Below are positions 38,452 through 47,618 of a stretch of 64,000 bases of DNA, one piece after another. The first letter of the stretch is position 1; every line of letters begins with the position of its first letter. Location of the stretch: the NCBI GenBank assembly GCA_002308915.1, contig DBWI01000014.1, forward strand, positions 5,340 to 69,339. Direction: 5' to 3'. Source of the stretch: Christensenella sp. UBA1242 (GTDB lineage: Bacteria; Bacillota; Clostridia; Christensenellales; UBA1242). Under the pieces are notes generated by a model, which saw only the letters and a list, made by a program, of their open reading frames with translations, did no database searches and was not told the DNA's origin. The position numbers and the translations under genes were made by a program.

Positions 38452-38515
38452 GTTGAATAAAAAATCAGCCATAATGGCTGGTTTTTTGAATAATAAAATG
38501 AATTTTAAATATTAA

Positions 38516-39562
38516 TTAAACATTGAATTTGTTATTATTGGTATTATTGAAATTGCTCAAATCTCTGAGAGTTAAAGTCTTTTTTTGTAACAAATCAAGA
38601 AGTTCAGCAATCCTATCTAAATCATCTCTTGAATAGTAGTCAATATATATTCTACCTTTTTTATCACTACCAATTGCACTTACTTTTGTTGCAAATACTC
38701 TTTGCATATCGTTGATGAGTTCTTTAAGTTCCATGCTTTGTTCTGGTGGTTTGTTCTTTGCTTTTGGTGGGTTAAGATATTGTTTAACAAGTTTTTCTAG
38801 CTCTCTAACAGTAATTTTTCCATCACAAGCGGCTGACGCAAACTTAAATTGTGCTTTTTCATCGCCAATTACAACTAAGCACCTAGCATGACCAGCTGTT
38901 AATCTGTTTTGTTCAACAAGTTTAATTACATCTGGAGATAATGATAACAATCTTAATGTGTTTGCTATGTTTGGTCTTGAAATACCAATTCTATCGGCAA
39001 CAGTTTCTTGTGTGAAGTTGTATTCTTCCATAAGTTGTTTAATAGCCCTTGCTGCTTCAATTGGGTTTAAATCTTCTCTTTGAAGGTTTTCTATGATTGA
39101 TATTTCTTTAATTTGTCTTTCTGTATAGTTCTTTACAATACATGGAACTGTGTCTAAACTCGCTATTTTTGATGCGCGCCATCTTCTTTCACCGGCAATT
39201 ATTAGATAACCATTGTCTGTTTTGTTTACGACAATAGGTTGGATAACTCCATGGGTCTTTATTGATGCTGCAAGTTCGTTAAGAGCATCTTCATCAAAGT
39301 TTTTACGAGGTTGATTTGGGTTAGGGAATACTTTGTTAACATCAATTTCATTAACTGCTCCCTTGATTGGAACGTCTTTTACTTCTGCTGGTTTTTCTTC
39401 AACCTTTTCAACAGTTTTCTCTACAACTCTTTCTGGTTTTGTTTCTCTTTCTGGTTTTGCTTTTGGCTTTTCTGGTTGGCTACTTAATTCTTCTACTTCA
39501 TCATCATAGATGGCGAGTAATGCTCCCAATCCTTTGCCTAATCCCATTTTCTTTTGTGCCAT
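38516..39562 (-). CDS. parB: chromosome partitioning protein ParB/Spo0J
   Basis: GERRWRAS box, HTH TQETVADRIGISRPNIANTLRLLSL and a Lys/Glu-rich N-terminal extension. RBS GGAG. Confidence 0.9.
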   Translation of the reverse strand: MAQKKMGLGKGLGALLAIYDDEVEELSSQPEKPKAKPERETKPERVVEKTVEKVEEKPAEVKDVPIKGAVNEIDVNKVFPNPNQPRKNFDEDALNELAASIKTHGVIQPIVVNKTDNGYLIIAGERRWRASKIASLDTVPCIVKNYTERQIKEISIIENLQREDLNPIEAARAIKQLMEEYNFTQETVADRIGISRPNIANTLRLLSLSPDVIKLVEQNRLTAGHARCLVVIGDEKAQFKFASAACDGKITVRELEKLVKQYLNPPKAKNKPPEQSMELKELINDMQRVFATKVSAIGSDKKGRIYIDYYSRDDLDRIAELLDLLQKKTLTLRDLSNFNNTNNNKFNV

Positions 39563-39563
39563 A

Positions 39564-40379
39564 TTATATACTCCTTAATTGAATTTTACTATATTTAGTT
39601 ATCTTTTTATAACTTATTTTATTTCTATTTAGTATTTCTTCTGCTAAACTTAGGTATGCATTAGCTCCTTTTGATGATGTGTCATATAATACTATTGGCA
39701 AACCATGACTTGGTGCTTCTGCAAGTCTTATATTACGTGGAATATATGTATCATATACCTTTGTATTAAAGAATTTTTTAACTTCTTCGCTTACTTGTGC
39801 AACAAGGTTTGAACGATTATCTTTCATTGTTAGCACAACACCTTCGATTTTCAAATCGGGATTTAGGTGATGAATGATTAATCTTATTGTATTCATAAGC
39901 TGTGTTAACCCTTCAAGTGGGAAAAATTCGCACTGAATGGGTATTAAAACTGAGTCTGATGCTGTTAAAGCGTTTACAGTTAGTAATCCAAGTGAAGGTG
40001 GACAGTCGATTAGAATGAAATCGTACTTATCTTTTATTCTATCTAGTGCTTTTTTGACAATATGTTCTCTTGAATTCATTTGAACAAGGTCAATTTCTGC
40101 ACCGGCAAGGTCAACTGTTGCTGGAACAATATCTAATCCAGCCATAACTGTTGGAAGAATGATCTCATCAATCATAACTTCTTTGTCAATAACGTTGTAA
40201 AGTGTTTTTAGTTCACTGCTTTTTTCTATTCCAACGCCACTTGATGCGTTACCTTGTGGATCCATATCAACAATTAAAACTTTTTTGCCCATTGCTGCCA
40301 TATAGGCGGCAACATTTATGCAAGTTGTTGTTTTGCCAACTCCACCTTTTTGGTTGGCAAAAGCTATTATTTTGCCCAT
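39564..40379 (-). CDS. parA: ParA/Soj partition ATPase
   Basis: Deviant Walker A NQKGGVGKTTT, DCPPSLG, and 1-nt spacing to parB. Confidence 0.9.
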   Translation of the reverse strand: MGKIIAFANQKGGVGKTTTCINVAAYMAAMGKKVLIVDMDPQGNASSGVGIEKSSELKTLYNVIDKEVMIDEIILPTVMAGLDIVPATVDLAGAEIDLVQMNSREHIVKKALDRIKDKYDFILIDCPPSLGLLTVNALTASDSVLIPIQCEFFPLEGLTQLMNTIRLIIHHLNPDLKIEGVVLTMKDNRSNLVAQVSEEVKKFFNTKVYDTYIPRNIRLAEAPSHGLPIVLYDTSSKGANAYLSLAEEILNRNKISYKKITKYSKIQLRSI

Positions 40380-40461
40380 ATTTTCTCCTAATTTTATTAC
40401 TATATATAATATACGTACTTATTATAACATAATTTATCAAAAAATCAATTGTTTTGTAAAC

Positions 40462-40489
40462 ATAAAAAAATTCACTTTTCAGTGAATTT
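40462..40489 (-). terminator. rho-independent terminator of rsmG
   Basis: On the minus strand: AATTCACT GAAA AGTGAATT followed by T7, immediately after the TAG stop. parA then has its own TTGATT / TGtTATAAT promoter-like sequence. Confidence 0.7.
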
Positions 40490-41197
40490 CTATAATATTG
40501 GCTTTGTTTTTGCCAAATTTTTGCCTCTTGGGTATTCTTTTGGCGTGTTTTTTTGCTTTGAAATAGCAATATTTACTCTGATACTATTTTCTTCTTTTAC
40601 GAGTACATTTTGAAGATTGAAAATTTTTCCACCAAGAATTGTGATTGCATTTTGAGCTTCAATAATTTCTTCTTCGGCTTTCATACTTTTGTAAGCAATC
40701 ATTTTCCCACCAACTCTAACAAGTGGTAAGCAGTATTCACATAAAACATTTAATCTTGCCACGGCACGAGCAACACATATATCAAAGCTTTCGCGATTTG
40801 TTTTTGCAAAATCTTCTGCTCGGCTATGAATTGCATATATATTGTCAAGTTTAAGATGATTGCACACTTCTTTTAGAAATAGTATTCTTTTGTTTAGACT
40901 ATCAACCATTGTAATTTTTAGGTCAGGGCGAAGTATTTTTAGTGGAATGGAAGGAAAGCCTGCCCCAGCGCCAACGTCAACAACTGTTGCTCCAAACGGA
41001 ATCATGTTTATTGGAAGAACGCTATCCAAAATATTTTTTGTTGCAAATTCTTTTTCATCTGTTATATTTGTTAAATTCATAACCTCATTTTTTTGAATAA
41101 CAAGATTATAAAATTTTTCTAATTTGGTTAGTTTTTCATCATCATAATCTATGTGATACTTTTCAAATAATGTTTTTAATAAATCTATCATATACAC
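40490..41197 (-). CDS. rsmG: 16S rRNA (guanine527-N7)-methyltransferase
   Basis: GidB family: VVDVGAGAGFPSIPLKI SAM motif, 235 aa, position between mnmG and parA. Confidence 0.9.
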   Translation of the reverse strand: MYMIDLLKTLFEKYHIDYDDEKLTKLEKFYNLVIQKNEVMNLTNITDEKEFATKNILDSVLPINMIPFGATVVDVGAGAGFPSIPLKILRPDLKITMVDSLNKRILFLKEVCNHLKLDNIYAIHSRAEDFAKTNRESFDICVARAVARLNVLCEYCLPLVRVGGKMIAYKSMKAEEEIIEAQNAITILGGKIFNLQNVLVKEENSIRVNIAISKQKNTPKEYPRGKNLAKTKPIL

Positions 41198-41270
41198 CTA
41201 TAATATCATAAAATATCTTAAAAATATATCAAAATTTGTGTATTTTTGATGTATTTTTGCTTATTTTTCT

Positions 41271-43142
41271 CTATTTTTTGTTTTTAATATACATAATTAG
41301 TATCGTGACATCAGCTGGTGAAACACCACTTATTCTTGATGCTTGACCAATGCTAACAGGTTTAATTTTTTCTAGTTTTTGTCTTGCTTCAAGTCGTAAG
41401 CCTTTCATTTCGGAGTAGACAATGTCTGTTGGAATTAATAAGTTTTCTTGCTCCTTAAATTTTTTGATATCTTCTTCTTCTTGAGCAAGATAGCCTTCAA
41501 ATTTAACTTGAACATTAACATATTCTAGTGCACGCTTTGAGAAGTTTTCAAAAACTTTGTAATGCTCATTTATATCAAAAATATCTATATTGCTACGCTT
41601 GAGCATTTTGTAATATGTTTGTGAAGTCTCTGGAACACTCTCGTTGTGCTCAACATAGAATTGTTTTAAATCATCATCAATTTTTACTTTTGTTTGCAAA
41701 ATTTCATATATTTGTGATATTTCTTGTTGTTTTTTGTTGAATTTTGTATATCTTTCGTCATCAACAAGTCCAAAGTCTCTACCAATTTGAGTTAGTCTGA
41801 AATCGGCATTATCTTGACGAAGGTGAAGTCTGTACTCTGCTCTTGAAGTCATCATTCTGTATGGTTCGTTTGTTCCTTTTGTTACAAGGTCATCAATTAG
41901 AACTCCAATATAGGCTTGGTCTCTGCCTAAGACAAGTGGCTCTTTTTTGTCTAAAAATCTTGATGCGTTTATTCCTGCTATAAGCCCTTGTGCTGCTGCT
42001 TCTTCGTATCCACTTGTTCCATTTACTTGACCAGCAAAGAATAAGCCATTAACAATTTTTGATTCCAAACTTGCCTTTAGTTCCAAACTATCAATAAGGT
42101 CATATTCAATTGCATATGCGTCTCTCATTATTGTTGCATTTTCTAGACCTTCGATTGTTTTGTACATTTGTTTTTGAACATCAACAGGAAGAGAAGTTGA
42201 AACACCTTGAATGTATACTTCGTTTGTGTATAGTCCTTCTGGTTCCAAAAATATTTGATGGCGTTCTTTGTCTGCAAATCTAACAATTTTATCTTCAATT
42301 GAAGGGCAATATCTTGGCCCAACACCTTTTATTATTCCACTAAACATTGGAGCTCTTGATAAATTTGCTCTTATAACATCGTGGGTTTTTGCATTTGTGT
42401 AGGTTAGGTAACAATCAACAACATTTTTTGGGGTATGTTCTGACAAAAAGCTAAATGATTGTATATCTTCATCGCCATGTTGAACAACGAGTTTTGAAAA
42501 ATCAATAGTTTTGCCGTTCATTCTTGCAGGTGTTCCTGTTTTAAATCTGCGAACAGTATGTCCAAGGTCGATTATACTTTGAGTTAAGTTTTCTGCACGA
42601 AGAAAACCATTTGGTCCACTTTCTTTTGAGTATTCACCAATTATGATTTTACTTTTTAGATAAACTCCTGTGCAAACAACTATTGTGTCTGCATAATAAA
42701 TTTCGCCTTGAACTGTTTCTATTCCACAAATTTTGTTGTTTTTTACAATAATATTTTTTGCTTCGGCCTGTTTTATGAATACATTTGGTTCTTCTTCCAA
42801 AGTTCTTTTCATATTATTGTGATAAAGTTGTTTGTCAACTTGAGCACGGAGTGAATATACTGCAGGGCCTTTGCCCATATTGAGCATACGAATTTGAATT
42901 GCACTTTTGTCTGTGCATTTTCCCATTTCTCCACCAAGTGCATCAATCTCGCAAACAAGGTGACCTTTTGCTGTTCCGCCAATACTTGGATTGCATGGCA
43001 AAAAACCAATCGCATCAAGATTGATTGTTAGCATCAAAGTTTTTTTGCCAAGTCTGGCTAGGGCAAGAGTTGCTTCGCAACCGGCATGACCACCACCAAT
43101 TACCACTGCATCAAATTTATTAATATCGTTTACATTTTCCAT
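41271..43142 (-). CDS. mnmG: tRNA uridine 5-carboxymethylaminomethyl modification enzyme
   Basis: FAD motif [14 protein letters not shown] and conserved GidA core ([28 protein letters not shown]). 623 aa. Confidence 0.95.
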   Translation of the reverse strand: MENVNDINKFDAVVIGGGHAGCEATLALARLGKKTLMLTINLDAIGFLPCNPSIGGTAKGHLVCEIDALGGEMGKCTDKSAIQIRMLNMGKGPAVYSLRAQVDKQLYHNNMKRTLEEEPNVFIKQAEAKNIIVKNNKICGIETVQGEIYYADTIVVCTGVYLKSKIIIGEYSKESGPNGFLRAENLTQSIIDLGHTVRRFKTGTPARMNGKTIDFSKLVVQHGDEDIQSFSFLSEHTPKNVVDCYLTYTNAKTHDVIRANLSRAPMFSGIIKGVGPRYCPSIEDKIVRFADKERHQIFLEPEGLYTNEVYIQGVSTSLPVDVQKQMYKTIEGLENATIMRDAYAIEYDLIDSLELKASLESKIVNGLFFAGQVNGTSGYEEAAAQGLIAGINASRFLDKKEPLVLGRDQAYIGVLIDDLVTKGTNEPYRMMTSRAEYRLHLRQDNADFRLTQIGRDFGLVDDERYTKFNKKQQEISQIYEILQTKVKIDDDLKQFYVEHNESVPETSQTYYKMLKRSNIDIFDINEHYKVFENFSKRALEYVNVQVKFEGYLAQEEEDIKKFKEQENLLIPTDIVYSEMKGLRLEARQKLEKIKPVSIGQASRISGVSPADVTILIMYIKNKK

Positions 43143-43218
43143 AATACTTCAATATAATAACACTTGTTCAAAAAAAAATAAAGTCAAAAATATATATTTG
43201 CTTTTTATGTGCTAAAAA

Positions 43219-43312
43219 GTAACAAAAAGCTTAGGATGATGCGATTCTCTAGCTCCCCGCCAAGAGCGAACTGTACGCACATTCATAAAGAGGAGCGTAC
43301 TTTTTTTGTTAC
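43219..43312 (+). repeat. structured element L flanking the R-M cassette
   Basis: Outer stem GTAACAAAAA(43219-43228)/TTTTTGTTAC(43303-43312). It encloses CCGCCAAGAG (43257-43266) and TAAAGAGGAG (43286-43295). Inner alternative stems are GCTCC/GGAGC and GTACGC/GCGTAC followed by T7. It is related to element R at 46471-46525. Confidence 0.5.
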
Positions 43313-43368
43313 AGAAGATTGTTTTGGAATGATTGTTTCCTATACAAAGAAAGCATTATATAAAATGT

Positions 43369-43420
43369 TTGACAAATTTAATTTTTAATGATATCATTAT
43401 TTCATAATATTATGATATCA
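43369..43420 (+). promoter_or_regulatory. R-M operon promoter with two palindromic operator-like sites
   Basis: TTGACA 43369-43374, 17-nt spacer, TATCAT 43392-43397. The palindrome TGATATCA occurs at 43389-43396 (overlapping the -10) and again at 43413-43420, 24 bp centre to centre. Confidence 0.5.
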
Positions 43421-43432
43421 CAAGGAGTAAAA

Positions 43433-43612
43433 ATGAACAATACAAAAACGCCGACAGCTGAAAAGGTCATGTTCCCGTTGCGATTACCACCTGATATGTA
43501 TAAGGAAATACGAAAAATTGTTGCAATAGAGCATGAGAAAGGAAATTATAGATACAGCACAAATGATTGTTTAACACAAATTATAGAAAAGGGATTGAAG
43601 GAGAAAAAATGA
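43433..43612 (+). CDS. ribbon-helix-helix (CopG/Arc-like) DNA-binding protein, candidate R-M controller
   Basis: AAGGAG RBS then ATG 43433. 59 aa; FPLRLPPDMYKEIRKIVA fits an RHH beta-strand plus helix. Its stop overlaps the next start (ATGA at 43609-43612). Confidence 0.65.
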   Translation: MNNTKTPTAEKVMFPLRLPPDMYKEIRKIVAIEHEKGNYRYSTNDCLTQIIEKGLKEKK

Positions 43613-45441
43613 AAAGAAGCGATATAATACAAACTGTTGGTAGTGAATTTTTAGTTAGTAATATAGAAAATGATGAATTCAAATATTCAAAAGAGTTTAA
43701 AAGGCTGTCAATACCTTTTACCCCAATAAAAAGTAGTAAGGGCAACAGACACTATGACAATTTGGATATTAGATTTGTTAATGACAATGTTTCTGTTTTA
43801 ATAGAAACAAAAGTTGATTTTGATAACGATATTGAAATGGCAAAAGAACAACTTTCAGCTTATGTGGAATATGAAAAACAAATTAATAACAACAAGATTG
43901 TTGCTATTTTGGCTAACACTTCAAACAATAAAGTTATGGTATGGCGTGGTGTAGTTTCAGATGCAGATTATATGCCAAATGAAACAGCCTTAAAAACAAT
44001 GCCAGAATATGTAGATTTTTACACTTCAAAAGTTAATGATAAAGAAAAAGTTATGGCGAATACTTATAAATTGAATGAACTTTTACATAAACATGGTATT
44101 AAAGAAAAATTAAGAAGTCAATTCGTTGGGACATGTTTATTGGCATTAAAAAATGGATTAGACTATAAATCAGTTACTCTTTCAAATTCTCAAATAAGAG
44201 CTGCAATTAAAGATACATTAGAAAAATTATTTAATGAAAATGGCGATTTAGAAAAAGCTAAAAAATTAGGCTTATTGGATGATAAAATACTGAAAAATCA
44301 AATTGTTAGATCATTAAAAATTGAAGATTTGAGAGAAATATTAATGTTTATAGAAGATAATATATTGCCTTTTATAAATGATAAAACAACAGCAGGACAA
44401 GATTTATTAAATTTGTTTTTTGTTACTTTTAATAAATATGTTGGTAAGGCTGACAAGAATCAAGCGTTTACACCCGACCACATAACAGATTTTATGTCTA
44501 AAATCACAGGAGTAAATAAACATTCTGTTATTTTAGACCCATGTTGTGGTAGTGGCTCATTTCTTGTAAGAGCAATGACACAAGCTTTAGATGATTGTGC
44601 AACTGAAAAAGAGCAAATAAAAGTGAAGAGAGAACAGATTTTTGGAATAGAATTTGATGAAGATGTGTATGGACTTGCAGCAACAAATATGCTTATTCAT
44701 AGTGATGGAAACTCTCACATAGTATGCGGTAGTTGTTTTGATTATAAGGAATGGATTATTAAGAATAAACCAAATGTTATTTTGATGAATCCACCTTATA
44801 ATGCGCAAAGAACACAAATGCCTGAAAAGTTTACAAAAACGTGGAATAAAGATAAAAAAGAAGACCCAACAAAAGGTTTCTACTTCGTGAAGTATATTGC
44901 AGACACGCTAAATGCAATTAATCAAACTGCAACACTTGCTGTATTGTTACCTGTTGCTTGTGCTATTGGAACAAGCAAAGAAATTGCAAATATAAAAGAA
45001 GAAATATTGAAAGAAAATACGCTTGACGCTGTATTTACATTACCAAGTGAAGTATTTTATCCTGGTGCATCCGCATCAGCTTGTTGTATGGTATTTAAAA
45101 TTGGTAAAAAACATAATGATATATCAAATCCTGACACTTTCTTTGGGTATTATAAAGATGATGGATTTAAGAAAAAGAAAAACTTAGGAAGAATTGAACA
45201 AACAGACCAACATGGCAATAGTCGTTGGGTTGAAATTGAAAAGCAATGGATTGAACTTTATAGAAATAGACAATCTAAAGATGGTTTATCAGCTACACAT
45301 AAAGTAGCAGGAAATGATGAGTGGCTTTGTGAAGCATATATGAAAACCGATTATTCAACATTAACTGAAGAAGATTTTCAAAAGACAATTAATGAATATC
45401 TTGCTTATTTAGTAAAAGAAGGTAATGTGCATGAATCTTAA
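43609..45441 (+). CDS. fused PD-(D/E)xK nuclease / N6-adenine DNA methyltransferase (Type IIB/IIG-like RM subunit)
   Basis: N-terminal D...ExK (NLDIRFVNDNVSVLIETKVD). Methyltransferase motif I VILDPCCGSGSFLVRA and motif IV VILMNPPYN (gamma-class order). 610 aa. RBS AGGAGA. Confidence 0.8.
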   Translation: MKRSDIIQTVGSEFLVSNIENDEFKYSKEFKRLSIPFTPIKSSKGNRHYDNLDIRFVNDNVSVLIETKVDFDNDIEMAKEQLSAYVEYEKQINNNKIVAILANTSNNKVMVWRGVVSDADYMPNETALKTMPEYVDFYTSKVNDKEKVMANTYKLNELLHKHGIKEKLRSQFVGTCLLALKNGLDYKSVTLSNSQIRAAIKDTLEKLFNENGDLEKAKKLGLLDDKILKNQIVRSLKIEDLREILMFIEDNILPFINDKTTAGQDLLNLFFVTFNKYVGKADKNQAFTPDHITDFMSKITGVNKHSVILDPCCGSGSFLVRAMTQALDDCATEKEQIKVKREQIFGIEFDEDVYGLAATNMLIHSDGNSHIVCGSCFDYKEWIIKNKPNVILMNPPYNAQRTQMPEKFTKTWNKDKKEDPTKGFYFVKYIADTLNAINQTATLAVLLPVACAIGTSKEIANIKEEILKENTLDAVFTLPSEVFYPGASASACCMVFKIGKKHNDISNPDTFFGYYKDDGFKKKKNLGRIEQTDQHGNSRWVEIEKQWIELYRNRQSKDGLSATHKVAGNDEWLCEAYMKTDYSTLTEEDFQKTINEYLAYLVKEGNVHES

Positions 45442-46450
45442 TATTGAAAATTGGAAAGAATTTAAAATAAAAGATATTTTTAGATTAGAGCCAACAAAAG
45501 GCATTGACTCAACTGAATTATTAGAAGGAAATGATATTAATTATATTGGAGCAAAACACGAAGATAATGGTTTGATGATGTGTTGCCAATTAGATGGATT
45601 TGAATCTTGGGTATCAAAAGGTAATTGTATTGTTTTTATTCAACTTGGAGCAGGAAGTGCCGGATATGCAAATTATATACCAGATGATTTTATTGGCATG
45701 AATGGTAAAACGCTTTGTGGTTATATAGATGGGATTATGAATCCTCAAATAGGACTGTTTTTAGAAACAATTTTATGTAAAGAAAGACCGAAATATTCTT
45801 TTGGAAGAAGCTGGACTGGTGATAGGCTTAGAGAAACTATAATAAAACTACCTGCAGACTCACAAGGAAATCCTGATTGGCAATTTATGGAAGATTATAT
45901 CAAATCTATAAACAATAAACCTATTAGCACAAAGAATAAGGGAGGGCAATTATCACCTATTCTTGGACAGACTAATTGGAAGGAATACAAATTAGGGCAA
46001 TTATTTTGTGATATTTATAAAGCTGAAGCCCATGTCAAAAATGATATTGATAATTTTGAGCATGGCAATAGTGATAGATTGGAATTTATTACAAGAACAG
46101 ATACAAATAATGGTTGTGATTGCTTTGTAAATAAAAACGATGTTAATGGCATCGAAAAAGGCAATGCAATTATTATTGGAGATACAACTTCAACAATTTA
46201 TTATCAAGCAAATAATTTTGTTGCTGGCGACCATATTGTTGTATGTCGTGCAGATTGGATAAATAAATATACTGCATTATTCCTTAAAACAATTTTAGAA
46301 AAAGAAAGATATAGATATAGTTACGGAAGAGCTTTTAAAATGGATTTAATTAAATCTACTATTGTTAAATTACCAACAAAAAATAATGAACCTGATTGGC
46401 AATATATGGAAAATTACATTAAATCTTTACCATATGGAGATAGAATATAA
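45431..46450 (+). CDS. HsdS-like DNA specificity subunit with two target-recognition domains
   Basis: Two half-repeats begin NWKEFKIKDIF and NWKEYKLGQLF. Each ends (N/E)PDWQ(F/Y)ME(D/N)YIKS(I/L). The start overlaps the upstream gene by 11 nt (ATG 45431) or 17 nt (ATG 45425). Confidence 0.8.
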   Translation: MNLNIENWKEFKIKDIFRLEPTKGIDSTELLEGNDINYIGAKHEDNGLMMCCQLDGFESWVSKGNCIVFIQLGAGSAGYANYIPDDFIGMNGKTLCGYIDGIMNPQIGLFLETILCKERPKYSFGRSWTGDRLRETIIKLPADSQGNPDWQFMEDYIKSINNKPISTKNKGGQLSPILGQTNWKEYKLGQLFCDIYKAEAHVKNDIDNFEHGNSDRLEFITRTDTNNGCDCFVNKNDVNGIEKGNAIIIGDTTSTIYYQANNFVAGDHIVVCRADWINKYTALFLKTILEKERYRYSYGRAFKMDLIKSTIVKLPTKNNEPDWQYMENYIKSLPYGDRI

Positions 46451-46470
46451 TGTGCGTATAAAAGCACTCA

Positions 46471-46525
46471 CAGTCCGCCAAGAGAGATTGAATACAATAT
46501 TAAGAGGTGGCTGATTTTGTTGTGC
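46471..46525 (+). repeat. structured element R flanking the R-M cassette
   Basis: Stem CAGTCCGCC(46471-46479)/GGTGGCTG(46506-46513) then ATTTTGTTG. It carries CCGCCAAGAG (46475-46484) and TAAGAGGTGG (46501-46510), the same motifs and order as element L. Confidence 0.5.
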
Positions 46526-46599
46526 CAACTAAATATAAAGATTAGAATACAAATATCATTATTTTTATCTAACATTTTTGTAAACATAGTTTATTGAAG

Positions 46600-46634
46600 T
46601 AAAAAAAAATAGTCTAATTTTAGACTATTTTTTT
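46600..46634. terminator. bidirectional terminator
   Basis: A9 TAGTCTA ATTTT TAGACTA T7. The stop codon of the minus-strand gene lies inside the stem. Confidence 0.75.
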
Positions 46635-47566
46635 GATGCTTTCTTTTGTTCTTTTTTTTGAGCTTTTTTTGCTTTTTTAACTTCTTTCCATTGTTCTTTT
46701 GTATAGTTGATTTTTTTCATGTTTTCTGGTAATTCAAATGGTTGTTGCAAAAGTTCTGGGTTGTTCATGTATTTTTTGATAAGTTTTATGCTTTTTGCAT
46801 AATAAAAACCATCGCAAATTCTTTCATCAACAACAACACCAATTCTAAGTACTTTGCCAACTTCAATTTGTTCGGTTAGGGGATTGACAACAGGTTCTAA
46901 TCTTTCTTTGCCAAGACCTACGAACAATGAAGATGTTCCAAAGTCATATAGATGATGATAAACATAATCTGTTGAAATACTTTTCATGTTTGTAATCCAG
47001 CAACTTGCATGAAAAGGACTAACTTTAATTAACCATTTTGGAAGAAGACCATGCTTGTCTAAAAATTTTGCAAGTCCAACAATAAACTTTGTTAAAAAGT
47101 TTGGAACAGCTTTAAGGGCTTTTGCTGTTTTGTCTGTTCCGCTTTTGTCAACACTTCTTGTTCTTGCAATTTCTTCGTTAACACGAACTCTAATTTCTTC
47201 AAGTGTTTCTTCACCAGTAAATCTCATTTTAACAATGCTTTCTGGAGCATCATCACTAAGTTCTGTTTTTGCAGCAAAACAAATGTAGATTCCTTTTCGT
47301 TGATAAACTCTTCCGTTCATAACAAAACGATTGATGCTTGGTCTTTCTGCATAAAGACGAACAAGTGCGGCTGTTAGTATGTGCATATAAGTATATCTTG
47401 TTCCTTGTTCTGACATTTCTCGTATATATTCGTCCATTGATTCACAATTTTGCACATGTAGGAAATTAACCATTGCATCGTATCTGTGAGACATAATATG
47501 AGATGTCATTCCAAGTACGGGGTCTGCGTCTTTTGCAAAAACTGCATCGCTTCTGTATCTAAACAT
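46625..47566 (-). CDS. stand-alone 2-oxoacid dehydrogenase E2 / CAT-fold acyltransferase-like protein
   Basis: The C-terminal core motif VVVDERICDGFYYAKS corresponds to the E2 DHRxxDG signature but has Glu in place of His. Lys-rich tail. RBS AGGAG. There is no terminator between it and mnmE. Confidence 0.55.
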   Translation of the reverse strand: MFRYRSDAVFAKDADPVLGMTSHIMSHRYDAMVNFLHVQNCESMDEYIREMSEQGTRYTYMHILTAALVRLYAERPSINRFVMNGRVYQRKGIYICFAAKTELSDDAPESIVKMRFTGEETLEEIRVRVNEEIARTRSVDKSGTDKTAKALKAVPNFLTKFIVGLAKFLDKHGLLPKWLIKVSPFHASCWITNMKSISTDYVYHHLYDFGTSSLFVGLGKERLEPVVNPLTEQIEVGKVLRIGVVVDERICDGFYYAKSIKLIKKYMNNPELLQQPFELPENMKKINYTKEQWKEVKKAKKAQKKEQKKASKK

Positions 47567-47618
47567 AAAAACTCCTATGTCGATATATTAACATAAATAA
47601 CTTATAAATGTAAACAAA

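Noticed and set aside
40267-40569. 100-aa ORF spanning the rsmG end, its terminator and the parA promoter
   Set aside because: It crosses a terminator hairpin and overlaps two well-supported genes.
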